Shown here: positions 39,040-50,941 of the stretch, one piece after another
Layout: every line of letters begins with the position of its first letter
Position numbering within the stretch: position 1 is the stretch's first letter
Assembly: GCF_006345805.1 (NCBI RefSeq)
Contig: NC_043000.1
Coordinates: 115,010,001 to 115,074,000 of the forward strand
Reading direction: 5' to 3'
Length of the DNA stretch: 64,000 nucleotides
Origin: Octopus sinensis
Taxonomy: Eukaryota
The notes under the pieces: model-generated
Seen by the model: only the letters and a program-made list of their open reading frames with translations
Told to the model about the DNA's origin: nothing
Databases searched by the model: none
Translations under genes and position numbers: made by a program

Positions 39040-40845
39040 GAAAAACTAAAATATTCCTGCCTCTTGTCAAAATATGAAGATAGAAGTAAGCTGGCAACTT
39101 AGATATTGATTCATAACTAATAATACGTTTTTATTATGAAAATCTTAACAGAGACCTCTTGATTTTTCTTTTTTTTAGCGCTCATTATCACCAACTTCTT
39201 TCAGCGAACTGGCTGATACTATCGAAAACTGGATGACTTCCTTTTTTGTATGCTATGAAAGAGTTTACCACTTTTTGGCTTTGTCATTTACTTCTGTGTA
39301 ACTCTGCCGTTATTTTTACCACATCAGTCTTTTTACCACCTTACAAAGATTTCTGCCACATACACTTATCACGTTCACTATTTTGTATTCACATTTAGGA
39401 CACATAGTTTACTGTGTCGTGTACGTTTTTATCACATGTTTATCACTTAGTCTGCATTTCATGACATTTCTTGGTTTATGCAAATTTTCACTTCTCATTT
39501 ACCACTTTTCACTACATAACACTTTGAGTAGAACTTAGTTATATAGTTGCCACTTTGTGTAGATTTTTCAAATAGATATTTCTACTGATAAAGTGTTAAA
39601 AATCTACTTAAAGTAAATATGGGGTCATGCTACCAGTTATTTAAAAAAATAGTAAACTTACTCTCATTCATAGAATGTAGATTCAATCCCATCAATAATC
39701 AAGAAACTATTTCAATTCGAATAACATATTTTTATTAGATTTTTGGAAAAAGTTCTCCAATTTCTATTTTGTCATATTCTTACTTCTTTCTTTCTTCAAG
39801 TATATCTTTTATAATTGTAGATTGTCAAAGTTACAAAATTGAAATTTATATTTAATGGTGTCAATTTATTTATATATTATAGTCTCATATACACCTTATT
39901 GTTTTCTAAACATTTGACATAGACCCTGGTATCATTGTTTCTTAATATGATATGACCCTTTATATAGCTTTTTTAAACAAATATGGTCCTTTAATTTTAC
40001 ACCTTCATATTCATTCTATTTAGAATGAATCTTTATAATCGAATGGCCCCACCTCCCCAAAAATTTCGGGCCTTGTGCCTAGAGCAGAAAGGATATATGT
40101 CTTCTCTTTCAGATGCTAGTCTGCTGGAGATTTGGTTATTTCCTAACAGGTTAAGTATTTATGAGTGAAGGTGTGTGGCTTAGTGGTTAGTGCCGCTCCT
40201 GATTGCAAGGTCATAAGTTCGATTCCCAGCTGTGTATTGTGCCCTTAAGCAAGACACTTTATTTCACATTGTTCCAGTTATTTGACTGCTATCTATGCCA
40301 TAAAATTCTAATCCTCATTTCATTTAGTCTCTGGATGGGAGACATTCCATTCTTTATTGCTCCAGTTTGCTTAGGAACTGGGAGAATAGGTAGTAGGATT
40401 TAGTGTGGAAGTAATCTGTGAATTTAACTCTTTGGGATAGCATCCTATACTATGCAATTAAATTCTACCCTTGTTAACACCACCACTATATTAATGTTGA
40501 AAAGATTGACTTAACCCTCTCAGACCTGGTCCCCTTATTGAAAATTACCCTCCACCTAGGCTCCTGAGATAAAAAAAAATGGTTACAAATACAGTTCATG
40601 AATAACAACTGCAAACAAGCTAACGGACAGAATCAGCTGTATCTTCTTTTTCTATTTGTGTCATTCATTACCACTTTTCCAAGAATCCAGCAGAGATGAT
40701 GTTTAATCTGTTGCCATTAAAGAGGAAACATGGCATGACAGGGTTAATGTTATCCAATGTCTGTCAGTAGATGAGCTGGCCAGTTAAAAACTGACCAATC
40801 ACAACCTACTTTAGGTTATGGAAATAGGAGCGGTAAGGTTAATTC

Positions 40846-41549
40846 AGTTCTATATTTAAGAGATGAGGAATTATGTACATTATTTACATTTAATGGATAT
40901 TTGTCCCCATCTTGTTTGTTGTCAACACAACGTTTCGGCTGATATACCCTCCAGCCTTCATCGGGTGTCTTAAGGAAATTTCGAACCTGGTTTCTCATTC
41001 CCAAGGTATTTTCAATGCTAGTGGCACATAAAAGGCACCATTTGAGTGTTATCGTTACCAGCATCACCTTACTGGCACTTGTGTCTGTGCTTGTAGGGTG
41101 CCAAGAGCACCATTCGAGTGTGATCGTTGCCAGAGCAGCTAACTTGCTTCCGTGCTGGTGGCACATAAAAGGGCACCATTTGAGCGTGATCGTTACCAGC
41201 GTTACCTTACTAGCACCTGTGCCGGTGGTATGTGTAAAAAGATTTGAGCTAGGTCATTGCCAGTAACGCCTGACTGGCCCCTATGCTGGTGACATGTAAA
41301 AAGCACCCACCACACTCTCGGAGTGGTTGGCATTAGGAAGGGCATCAGGCTGTAGAAACTTTGCCAGATCAAGATTGGAGCCTGGTGCAGCCATCTGGTT
41401 CACCGGCCCTCAGTCAAAATCGTCCAACCCATGCTAGCATGGAAAGCGGACGTTAAACGATGATGATGATTATTCAGGTTACTGCCTGGAATAGAACTCG
41501 GAATCTTGGGGTTAGTAGTCCACACTCTTAACCACTACGTCATGTGCCC
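40846..41549 (-). mobile_element. Hammerhead-bearing element, copy B: tRNA-like head, AAT linker interrupted by a family-2 SINE, then body
   Basis: Minus-strand head 41549-41471 GGGCACATGACGTAGTGGTTAAGAGTGTGGACTACTAACCCCAAGATTCCGAGTTCTATTCC shows A-box and B-box-like motifs. SINE insert 41018-41470; body 41017-40846; hammerhead core 40924-40969. Head-body continuity is inferred across the insert. Confidence 0.7.
40924..40969 (-). ncRNA. Minimal type-I hammerhead ribozyme motif (U4C variant in this copy)
   Basis: GACAC-CCGAUGA-A-GGCUG-gaggguauau-CAGCC-GAAAC-GUU-GUGUU. Stem I is GACAC/GUGUU, stem II is GGCUG/CAGCC, and stem III is reduced to the palindrome AACGUU. Activity untested. Confidence 0.65.
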
Positions 41550-41650
41550 AAGACACCTGATGAAGGCTGGAGGGTATATCAGCTGAAATGTGTTAACAAC
41601 AAACAAGATGAGGACAAATATCCGTCAAATGTAAATAATGTAAATAATAT
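41550..41650 (+). mobile_element. Hammerhead-bearing element, copy C (3' half, head-to-head with copy B)
   Basis: GACAC-CTGATGA-A-GGCTG-gagggtatat-CAGCT-GAAA-[cgt deleted]-T-GTGTT at 41552-41594, followed by a (gtaaataat)2 tail. Confidence 0.75.
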
Positions 41651-41735
41651 TGAAGTACCGGAATATGACACAAATGAGCCATTTTTGAATTCTTCAAATA
41701 ATCTTACATTTGATTTATCATTTTTATTTTCCCAG

Positions 41736-42396
41736 TCGGGAAACTCAGGTAAACAGCGGCCTACCTCAATGTTTTCGCCTGTCACAGAGAGCCTTGAAAA
41801 TTACATGAAGAAGCCAAAGAAATCTACCAAGAGCAAGCCTGCGCCACCACCACCGACATCCACAATGCCTGGTGGTGTTGCTAATCCAGTTCAGAGCCAC
41901 GTATCAAACACGTTACCACAGCCTGGCTCCAGCTCCTCCCAAGGTGAGACTTTCCAAAACACAGGCCACACTTTGGGTTACAGTAACCAGCCAGCTTATG
42001 ACTCAAGATCCAGTTCGCAATCAAGTGGTCGTATCGAACCAACTTCTGCACATGGCTGCCATATCACTCCCCCTTCGCCTGATGCACGCCAATTTTCTCC
42101 TTCTCAGAGCCCACTCAATGTAAAACAACAACCACAATTTCACTCCCATCCAGATCTTCCCTCACAGTTTGAGGTCAACAAGATTGGAACTGATTCTATC
42201 ACATACATGGAGAGCAACAATAATAGACACATTAAATCAAAATCAGTGAATATTGCAGAAATTCATGCGGCACCATACTCCAAGAGCGATGTCGATATAA
42301 GCAAAACTGTACCTGGTTTGCATTTACAAAAAACTGCAAATGATATGTATGCTAGTCCTTATAAAAAGCGTAAACCAGCTCCGCCACCTCCGCCAG
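41736..42396 (+). CDS. COBL: Ser/Pro-rich exon of the cordon-bleu-like gene with two KRAP-like motifs
   Basis: Acceptor tttttattttcccag| and donor CCAG|gtaagt; 661 nt, phase 0 to 1; lies within ORF 41544..42464. Contains KKSTKSKPAPPPP and YKKRKPAPPPPP, resembling the Cobl KrRAPpPP SH3-binding motifs. Confidence 0.85.
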
Positions 42397-42863
42397 GTAA
42401 GTTGTATCTTCACCACAGTAATTTAAATTTTATTTTCAATCTGGCTCTATCTTTGTGTGTATGAAGGTTTGGGGGTTGTGTTCAAAGGTGTTTGGGTATG
42501 CATTTGTCATAGCAGTTTCTTGGGGAGTTAAGTCTAAGACTTGCTTTTAATTACAGGTTTAGTCATGTGACTTGGTCAGTTCACACCTCTCACTTGCAGG
42601 GTTTCATCATCGTTTGATGTCCATGCTTACATGGGGTGGACAGAGTTATTTGATTCAGATTTTTCTACAGCTGGTTGCTCTTCCTGTTTCCAACAATTAT
42701 CTGTTTCCAAGCAAAGTAATATCTTCCTGTGGCCAGATATGTTTCAGGGAATATTGGAAAGGAATTACACTGCTTGTATGACAGTGACACTCATTTACAA
42801 TTATCATATCAAGACACACACACACATACATGCATATATATATATATATATATATATACATAC

Positions 42864-43192
42864 ATACATATTAGAGGGAAACCACTATGTGGACACCCTT
42901 ATGCTAGAAATAGATCTGCTATGGTCTTACCGTTAAGAAATGTTCTCAAGAAAAATTTAGCAAAACAACCAAAACATTTTGGTTGTTTTCCTAACTTTTT
43001 CTTGAGAACATTTCTTAGTGATAAGACCATAGCAGATCTATTTCTAGCATAAGGGTGTCCACATAGTGGTTTCCCTCTAATATGTATATAATACAATTTT
43101 ACTGAACCTTTAGTTTTTTTTATATGCTAGACCACTGGTGTGAAATCGATGTTAATTTAATTAATATCTACTTTCTCACCCTCATTTTAAAT

Positions 43193-43195
<3 letters not shown>
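42864..43195 (+). mobile_element. Palindromic fold-back element E1 with asymmetric tail
   Basis: 42864-43087 is a 224-bp near-perfect palindrome with a 2-nt loop (ca, 42975-42976), followed by a ~100-bp tail containing accactgg (43131). The mirror-image ORFs 42729..43052+ and 42899..43096- reflect it. Confidence 0.9.
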
Positions 43196-43223
<28 letters not shown>

Positions 43224-44664
43224 GATATTATTTGTTGGTTGAGAAGGTTACCATTGGTTTCATGCAAAGAATTCTCAGCAGTTAACAAGCCTGCTACTTG
43301 CTCCCATCTTGGATGAGAATACATAATGGAGATGAGTACTAATATATCATGTGGCAGGCTTGATAATTGTTGAGAATCCTTGGCATGAAACCAATGGTAG
43401 CCTTCTTAACCAACAAACAAAATGTGTGCATGGGTGTGTTGTTTTTGTTCTGTGTAACTTCAAATTAATACTGCTGAAGCAGTGATGACATTTACATTCT
43501 GCATAAACAATACAGTATCACACTTCAATGATTTGACGTACAAGAACTAGTGGGATAAAGTATCTTATCTAAAAATATTCAAGTGTTAGCATCAAACATT
43601 CATCCATATCATACTGTCTCAAAAAATCTTATTCAACCCATGCCAGCACAAAAGAAGTGAATGTAAAAGTGTTTGTATTTCTAGCTACTTATATCTATCT
43701 TGTGTGTGTGTATAGACAGACAGGCAGACAGTTATATATATATATATATATAGTGGAGGCGCAATGGCCCAGTGGTTAGGGCAGTGGACTCACAGTCGTA
43801 GGATCGCAGTTTCGATTCCCAGACCAGGCGTTGTGAGTGTTTATTGAGCGAAAACACCTAAAGCTCCACGAGGCTCCTGTAGGGGGTGGTGGCAATCCCT
43901 GCTGTACTCTTTCGCCACAACTTTCTCTCACTCTTTCTTCTGTTGGTCTGCTCACTTAGCCAGCAGGGTGGCATCATTTGAAGGCTAAAACAATGCGAAG
44001 CGCATTGTGACCAGCGATGTGTAGCAACATCTGATAGCCTAGTTGGTCACGGTGATATATATATATATATATGTCATCATAATATGTCTACTTTCCATGC
44101 TGGCATGGGTTGGACAATTTGAGAGGAGCTTGCTTGGCAAAAAACTGCACGATGCTTCGCTGTCTGTTTTGGCTGGATGCCCTTCCTAACACCATCCACT
44201 CCGCACAGTGGACTGAGTGCTTTTTTACATGGCACTAGCACAGATGAGATCCGTTTTGGATGCCCTGCCAAACATCAACCACTTTACCATCTGAACTTGA
44301 GGCTTTTTATGTGGCACCATCACTGACAGGGTAAGCAAGTAACTTGCAAGACAAAAGTCCTTTGAGAGGGGATGGGACATTGGAGGAGGTGATCTTGTGC
44401 CAGATGAGGAAAGGTTAGAGTGTGACAGAGAGATAGAAACAGGTGCCTTGCTGTAGAGGAGATACACAATTACCCAGTCAGAGAAGAGAGGGATCAAGCT
44501 TGAGGCCAGGAACAGGTATGATACATGGTTAAGTAGTAAGAGGGAGAAAGAGTGCAAGAGAGCAGAAGAGATGGTGGCAAAGTGCCAGGGCATACTCACA
44601 AGGCATGTGGATCAGAATATAAATTAGATGGTAGAGAAGAGCCAGGGAGAGATAAGTGGTGGCA

Positions 44665-44949
44665 GATTTTCTATAGAATTTGAAACCAGCGCTGAAAGTT
44701 ACATTTTGGATATGAATACATCTATGGAAACAAGGAAATCAAAGATAGAAAAATAGGTAATGGATGTATATACATATGTCGGGAGTTCTTGCCCTTCCTT
44801 CAGACCACATCTAATTCATTAGTTATCCAAAAACACTATTTATACACCCATTACCTACTTTTCTATCTTTGATTGCATTATTTACATTGACATATTGGTA
44901 TACAAAATGTCATAATTTTCCAGGCTGGCTCTAATTTCTATACAAAATC
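44665..44949. mobile_element. Fold-back element with ~105-bp arms, same family as 56024-56253
   Basis: ctatagaatttgaaaccagcgctgaaagtta...aatcaaagatagaaaaataggtaatggatgtata is mirrored by tatacacccattacctacttttctatctttgatt...gctggctctaatttctata. Confidence 0.7.
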
Positions 44950-45111
44950 TGTAGAGATATAAATTTATAAGTGATTGCATGACACTGCCAACACAGAAAG
45001 TTCAACACAGTGTTGACTTCTAAACCTTTAATACTCTTGGTAGTTTAATATGGTTGCAAAACAAAATTCAATGTCCCTACCAGAAATCAATATATATATA
45101 TATATATATGT

Positions 45112-45515
45112 ATAAATTAAATAACGGTAGAAATTGATATTAATCAATTAAAACCAGTGGCTTAGCATATTTTTAAAAATCCAAAGATTAAAAAAATTTT
45201 TTACATACAAAATTTAGAGGACTGACCACTACAAATGAACAGCCTATACGCTAGATATAGACATCAAAATCACCAAATTGTGTTTTGTAAACGACAAACT
45301 ATGCTGATGATCTTGCAGATGTTCGCGTATCCATATACGTAAATATTAACAAGTAAAACTAATTAGTACATAGGTAATCGTTTTTTTGTTTCATATATTT
45401 TCATTTTTTGATGAATTTTTTTCTTGAGAACACATTCTTCATGGAAAATGGCGATTTTGACGTCTATATCTAGCATATAGGCTGTCCATTTTTAGTGGTC
45501 AGTCCTCTAAATTTT
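45112..45515 (-). mobile_element. Fold-back element E2 with asymmetric tail (inverted relative to E1)
   Basis: TIRs of about 67 bp bound 45209-45515; the tail on the left contains ccagtgg (45154-45160). Confidence 0.8.
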
Positions 45516-45519
45516 ATTT

Positions 45520-45520
45520 A

Positions 45521-45606
<86 letters not shown>

Positions 45607-45928
45607 TATATATACATATACACATATATATATACATATACATATATATACATATATATACATATATATATATAATATATATACATATATATATATACAT
45701 ATATATATATATACATATATATACATATATATACAATATATATACATATATATCTATATATATATATACATATATATACATATATATACATATATACATA
45801 TATATACATATATATATATACATAATATACATATATTATATATATATAATTATATAATATATAATATATATATATATATATTATATTATATATATATACA
45901 TATATATACAATATATATATATTAATAC

Positions 45929-45961
<33 letters not shown>

Positions 45962-46249
45962 CATATTATATTATACATATATATATATATAATATATACA
46001 TATATACATATATATATATATATTATATATACATATATATATACATATACATATATATATTAATATATACATATACATATATAATATATATATATACTAT
46101 ATATATATATACATATATATACTATACATATATATATATCATATATATACATATATATATATATATATACATATAATATATACATACATACATACATACA
46201 TAATATACATATATATATATACATATATACATAACATACATACATATAC

Positions 46250-46280
<31 letters not shown>

Positions 46281-46399
46281 ATATATACATAATATATATA
46301 TATTACTATATATATATATATATATATACACATATATATATACATATACATATATACATATACATATATATATAATACATATATATATATATATATATA

Positions 46400-46444
<45 letters not shown>

Positions 46445-46471
46445 CATATATACATACATACATACATATAC

Positions 46472-46502
<31 letters not shown>

Positions 46503-46545
46503 CATATATATAATATACATATATACATACATACATACACACACA
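45520..46545. repeat. ~1-kb compound (TA)n/(TATACA)n microsatellite
   Basis: Direct reading; source of all the Y/I-rich ORFs. Confidence 0.95.
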
Positions 46546-47860
46546 CAATGAATGGACAAATGAAAGAAAAGGCACTTGACATATTTAGGAGCTGCTTGTA
46601 ATATTATTTAAACAACTCGATTCGGTTCCACCTGACATAAAATTTTGCAGACTTCTAACAAAAACCCGGCTCATTCAGGCTCGAATTAGCAAATTCGGTT
46701 AATCTAATCCTGAACGACTCAGGTTTCTGTTCACATAGAACCAAATCAAACCGTTTTGAATAATAATAATAATAACACAGTCAGCCAATGCCAGTGCCAC
46801 CTGACTGGCTCCTGTGCCAGTGACACATAAATAGCACTATTTGAGCATGGCCGATGTCAGTTCCGCCTCATTGGCACCCATACCAGTGGCATCTAAAGAC
46901 CACCGTTCAAATGTGGTCAATGTAAGTGCTGCCTGACTGGCTCCCTTGCTGGTGGCATGTAAAAAGCACCCACTACCCTCTCGGAGTGATTGGCATTAGG
47001 AACGGCATCCAGCTGTAGAAACCTTGCCAGATCAGATTGGAGCCTGGTGTTGCCTCCCAGCTTGCCAGTCCTCAGTCAAGTCATCCAACCCATGCCAGCA
47101 TGGAAAGCGGATGTTAAACGGTGATGCTGATGATGATATATATAAAATGTATGTTTTGGATTTACTCAGGAGGACCTCAAGTTTCTCCCAGCATTCAGAA
47201 TATGCGCCGAAAAGCCTTTCCTATAGCCAGATTGGATTCTTCCTTATACTCTGCACTGAGCACGTCCTGCGGATCATCCACTTCCTCACTGGATCGCACC
47301 TTTTATAATGAAAACGAGTGCAAAACTCCAGTCATTGCCATCAAGACAGGTAGGCTGTGTAGTGACGTTCACATTGTTGTCTGCTTGCTTATTTGCTTGC
47401 TTTTCTCTTCTTAGACTCCGAATATCTCAACTTGCACTACACCTCATTTCCTCTATCTCTGTGTTACTGCTACAACAATGGAATACCATTCCAAGAGTTT
47501 CTGGTTTCTTACATTTCACACTGGTTTGCAGCGACAGCTTTTTATATTTCTTTTTTTTATTTTTTTCTTATTTTTAAAAATTTGTTTTCAATTGTTGGAT
47601 TCTATCCATACTGGGGCATCATCTTCCAGCTTTTGGAGCAATTATATTGAAATTCTACCCTGTACTTCAACAGGTACTTTATTTATCAATTATGGAAGGA
47701 CAAAAGACAATGGATTTGAATTTGAGACATAACTAAATATTACAAGGTGTTTTATCTAACTTTTTCCCAATTATTCCATCTGCCCACTGAATATATATAT
47801 ATATATACATATATATATACTTACTTTGATAGGTTTCGGCCATTATTGGCCCAGGCCATG

Positions 47861-47920
47861 TCTAACTTAATAGCACCACCTATATATATATCTAACTTAA
47901 TAGCACCACCTATATATATA
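47861..47920. repeat. 30-bp perfect tandem duplication
   Basis: tctaacttaatagcaccacctatatatata occurs twice, directly before element E3. Confidence 0.9.
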
Positions 47921-47922
47921 TA

Positions 47923-48368
47923 CACACGATATAGTGTATATCTAAACACATGCGGAATCCACTCATAGGAATTCAACACGCTAGAAAGAACAGCTAGGTT
48001 CTATAACCACAAAAAATTAGGGATAAAATTCAACAGGAACTAAATGAAAAATAAAAACATTTTACCATCTAGTTTCCTGGACCAATTGGTTTCTGATTTC
48101 AGTTTAGTTAGCAAAGGAACTCACCAGGTGCAATCTTTTTCAGCAGGACCACCTAGGGTTAAACGTATACACACAGGGCGATCAAGCTACTAGTGGTTAT
48201 AGAACCTAGCTGTTCTTTCTAGCGTCTTGAATTCCTATGAGTGGATTCCTCATGTGTTGAAATATACACTATATTGTATGACTAATATATAGATTTTTGG
48301 ACTAAATTTTTACACGTTAGACCACTGGAAATGTAAATTTTAATTAATTTCCATTTCCCTTTGATATG

Positions 48369-48373
<5 letters not shown>
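47923..48373 (+). mobile_element. Fold-back element E3 with asymmetric tail
   Basis: 88-bp arms at 47923-48010 and 48193-48280; tail with accactgg (48321) ending at (TA)n. Confidence 0.8.
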
Positions 48374-48406
<33 letters not shown>

Positions 48407-48699
48407 GTGTGTGTACATGTATGTATATACACATATCTTGAAGGATCTTCCAAGTAGTTTCTGTCACCTGCATTTAATTCACGGGGCTTTGGTTGACCCA
48501 CAATTATGGAAGATGCTGCTTGTTCAAGATATACAATGGAATTGAACCTAAAGCCATGTGTTTCTGAACTTCTTAACTTCATGGCCATACCCACAGCAAT
48601 AGCTAAAGTCTTCCTAACAAACTCTGAGGTGTAACAGAAAAAGTGAGACACTGTAAGAGGAAAATGAGACAGCAATAATGACCGAGGCACAGCTTGGCC

Positions 48700-49330
48700 A
48701 ACATTGTTGGCAAGGTCTTCAACAACACTTGCAGAAAATATCAGGTTGACGTCTCAGTGCATTTTCACAAATGAGAAATGCATGATCATTATGATATTGC
48801 TCAGAAGGCTACAGAGTCAAGAACTGAGAAATCCCTTTTTGTTAAAATGACTAAGGCCTTTGAATCAGTGGGAAAAAAAAAAGGTCCTTTCACACTCTTG
48901 GAAAAAATTAGATGTTGCAAAAGCTGCTGAACATCATTATCCCTGCCCACAATGACATACAGAGACTGTAACATTTTAATAGATCGTTTCCAAAACCACT
49001 GATCTTCCAAAATGGAGCTCTGTATTGCTTTGAGACGTTTTGGGATATTTCTTGTACCTGAAAATGCATTCAGGACACCCAACAATAGAAATGGAATTTA
49101 TGTACACACAAAGTCCAACAGGTAATTCTTTGACCTTGCAATCCTCAGGGCAAAGGCCAAAGAGTGTTGGATTCTGATCAGGGAAAGACTCTTTGCTGAG
49201 GATGTCATTTTGATATCTCATACATAGTCTGAAGAAGACAAAGATCATGGACCAGGATGTTAATGAAGTTTTCAGTATCAGTATCGTTAATCACATCCTG
49301 CAAATGGTGGATGAATTCACCAACTTAAAA
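48700..49330 (+). mobile_element. Old, degraded RTE/BovB-like reverse transcriptase relic
   Basis: Broken frames FVKMTKAFESV, KLLNIIIPAHND, GIYVHTKS...FDLAILRAKAK and IRE.LFAED resemble the RTE RT motifs FIDLTKAFD, LFNLARLRAK and LLFADD. Confidence 0.65.
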
Positions 49331-49520
49331 TTAAAAATTTTTTAAACTTCTCCCCTTGACCCAGAACATACTGGACAGATGAGGAAACCTATTGCTGCTT
49401 TGACCAAATTTTCCTAGAGTGTGTGAAAAGAATAAACTCAACAATGAGCAGCCAACAAAATTGCAGTATACAATCTGGGTACTGAGTGCCTCCCTCTAGC
49501 AGTGAGAGTTGAACAATATA

Positions 49521-50085
49521 TTGGGTTGTCTGAAAAGTTTGTGCCAATTTATAGTAGCTTACCTTTCGACTTATTTTAGAAGATGGCTGAGTCCATAAAA
49601 TAGGAATTGACTACACCTCCATTTAGAGCACAGTTTAAGCTATCTTTTCATAAAAGAAGGTTTATGTTCCTATAACCTGTGTTAATTATGTAACCTTTTA
49701 AAATGGAAGATAAGAATGTTCATTTTCAGCACTTGATGCTTTGGGAACCAGACAAAAATTGCTGCAGCTCGGCTGGGATGAGTTACCCCACCCTCCATAT
49801 TCACCAAATATTGCTCCTTCGGATTTCCACTTATTCAGGCCTCTGCAGAATAGTCTTAATGGTAAAAATTTCAATTCCTTGGATGACATCAAAAGATACC
49901 TTGATGAATTCTTTGCCATGGAACCACTTCAATTCTGGGAAGAGGGTATTTTTAAGTTAAAGGAAAGATGGAGACGCATTGTGCAACAAAATGGTTCATA
50001 TTTGGTTGATTAAAAATGTAATGGCAAGTATTTATTTACCTTTTTCTTTCCTTAAAAATCGGCATAAACTTTCCGGACAACCCAA
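49521..50085 (+). mobile_element. 565-bp internally deleted mariner (mellifera-like)
   Basis: TA TSD; TIRs ttgggttgtctgaaaagtttgtgccaattt / aaatcggcataaactttccggacaacccaa. MEDKNVHFQHLML is fused out of frame to GTRQKLLQLGWDELPHPPYSPNIAPSDFHLFRPLQNSLNGKNF...QNGSYLVD*. Confidence 0.92.
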
Positions 50086-50941
50086 TACATAAATATACAT
50101 ATTGCCAAGAGTGCCATCTTAACTGCTACCCTCCGTAGTACCTGTATTAGATCCTGAGCATCTCCAGGCCAAAATATCAAGTATGTCTCCCCTATTCTGG
50201 CAGCAGCAGCAACAATTCTACAACTGCTGCTCGCATAATGGTTTCATTTCCCAAAATATATTGTTTGGCAAGTTTTCTGCAGGATCTCGGTCAACAGGAA
50301 CATTCACATATGTAGTTTGAAGATTACTGACATCAGTGCAGATGCATAGAAAGAGACAGCGACAAGTAAGTGTACTTGGCAGAGGCATACAAGTATCACT
50401 ATTACAGCAAAATCAACCTGTTTTTGATTAGACAAAAGGATTTTTAAAAATCTACTACAGTGATCACCTAACCACAGTCTGTTTCTTTATTACCCACAAG
50501 GGGCTAAACATAGAGGGGACAAACAGATTAAGTCTATTACATCGACCCCAGTGAGCAACTGGTACTTAATTTATCAACCCCAAAAGGATGAAAGACAAAG
50601 TCGACCTCGGCAGAATTTGAACTCAGAACGAAATACGGCGTGCTAACGATTTTGCCAGCTCGCCGGCTTAACTCACCTCACCACAGTCATCAACCTGTAA
50701 GTTATACTAAGGATGCCACTCAGAAAGGTGCTTGTTCTTCTATGGTATTGCTTTTGGAGGCCTCAATCACGTGCACTTGCTGTCTGTTTGTATGAACTGA
50801 GAAATCAGTCCATATACTCAGACATATACACACAGCTATTTTCTTTTTTCAATTTATTCTCTGTTGCTTCCTCTCCTAATTTGCCAGTCACTGCTCTTTA
50901 TGTCTCGTCTTTTGTTCAACTCTAATTTCCCATACTTCCAG

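Noticed and set aside
39170-39540. Possible transposase remnant (SELADTIENW; Cys-rich minus frame)
   Set aside because: Too short and interrupted to assign.
41544-41735. 5' part of the 306-aa ORF
   Set aside because: It runs through repeat copy C and a polypyrimidine tract; the coding exon starts at the 41736 acceptor.
45495-46582. Many long Y/I-rich ORFs on both strands
   Set aside because: Translations of a TA/TACA microsatellite, which rarely contains stops.
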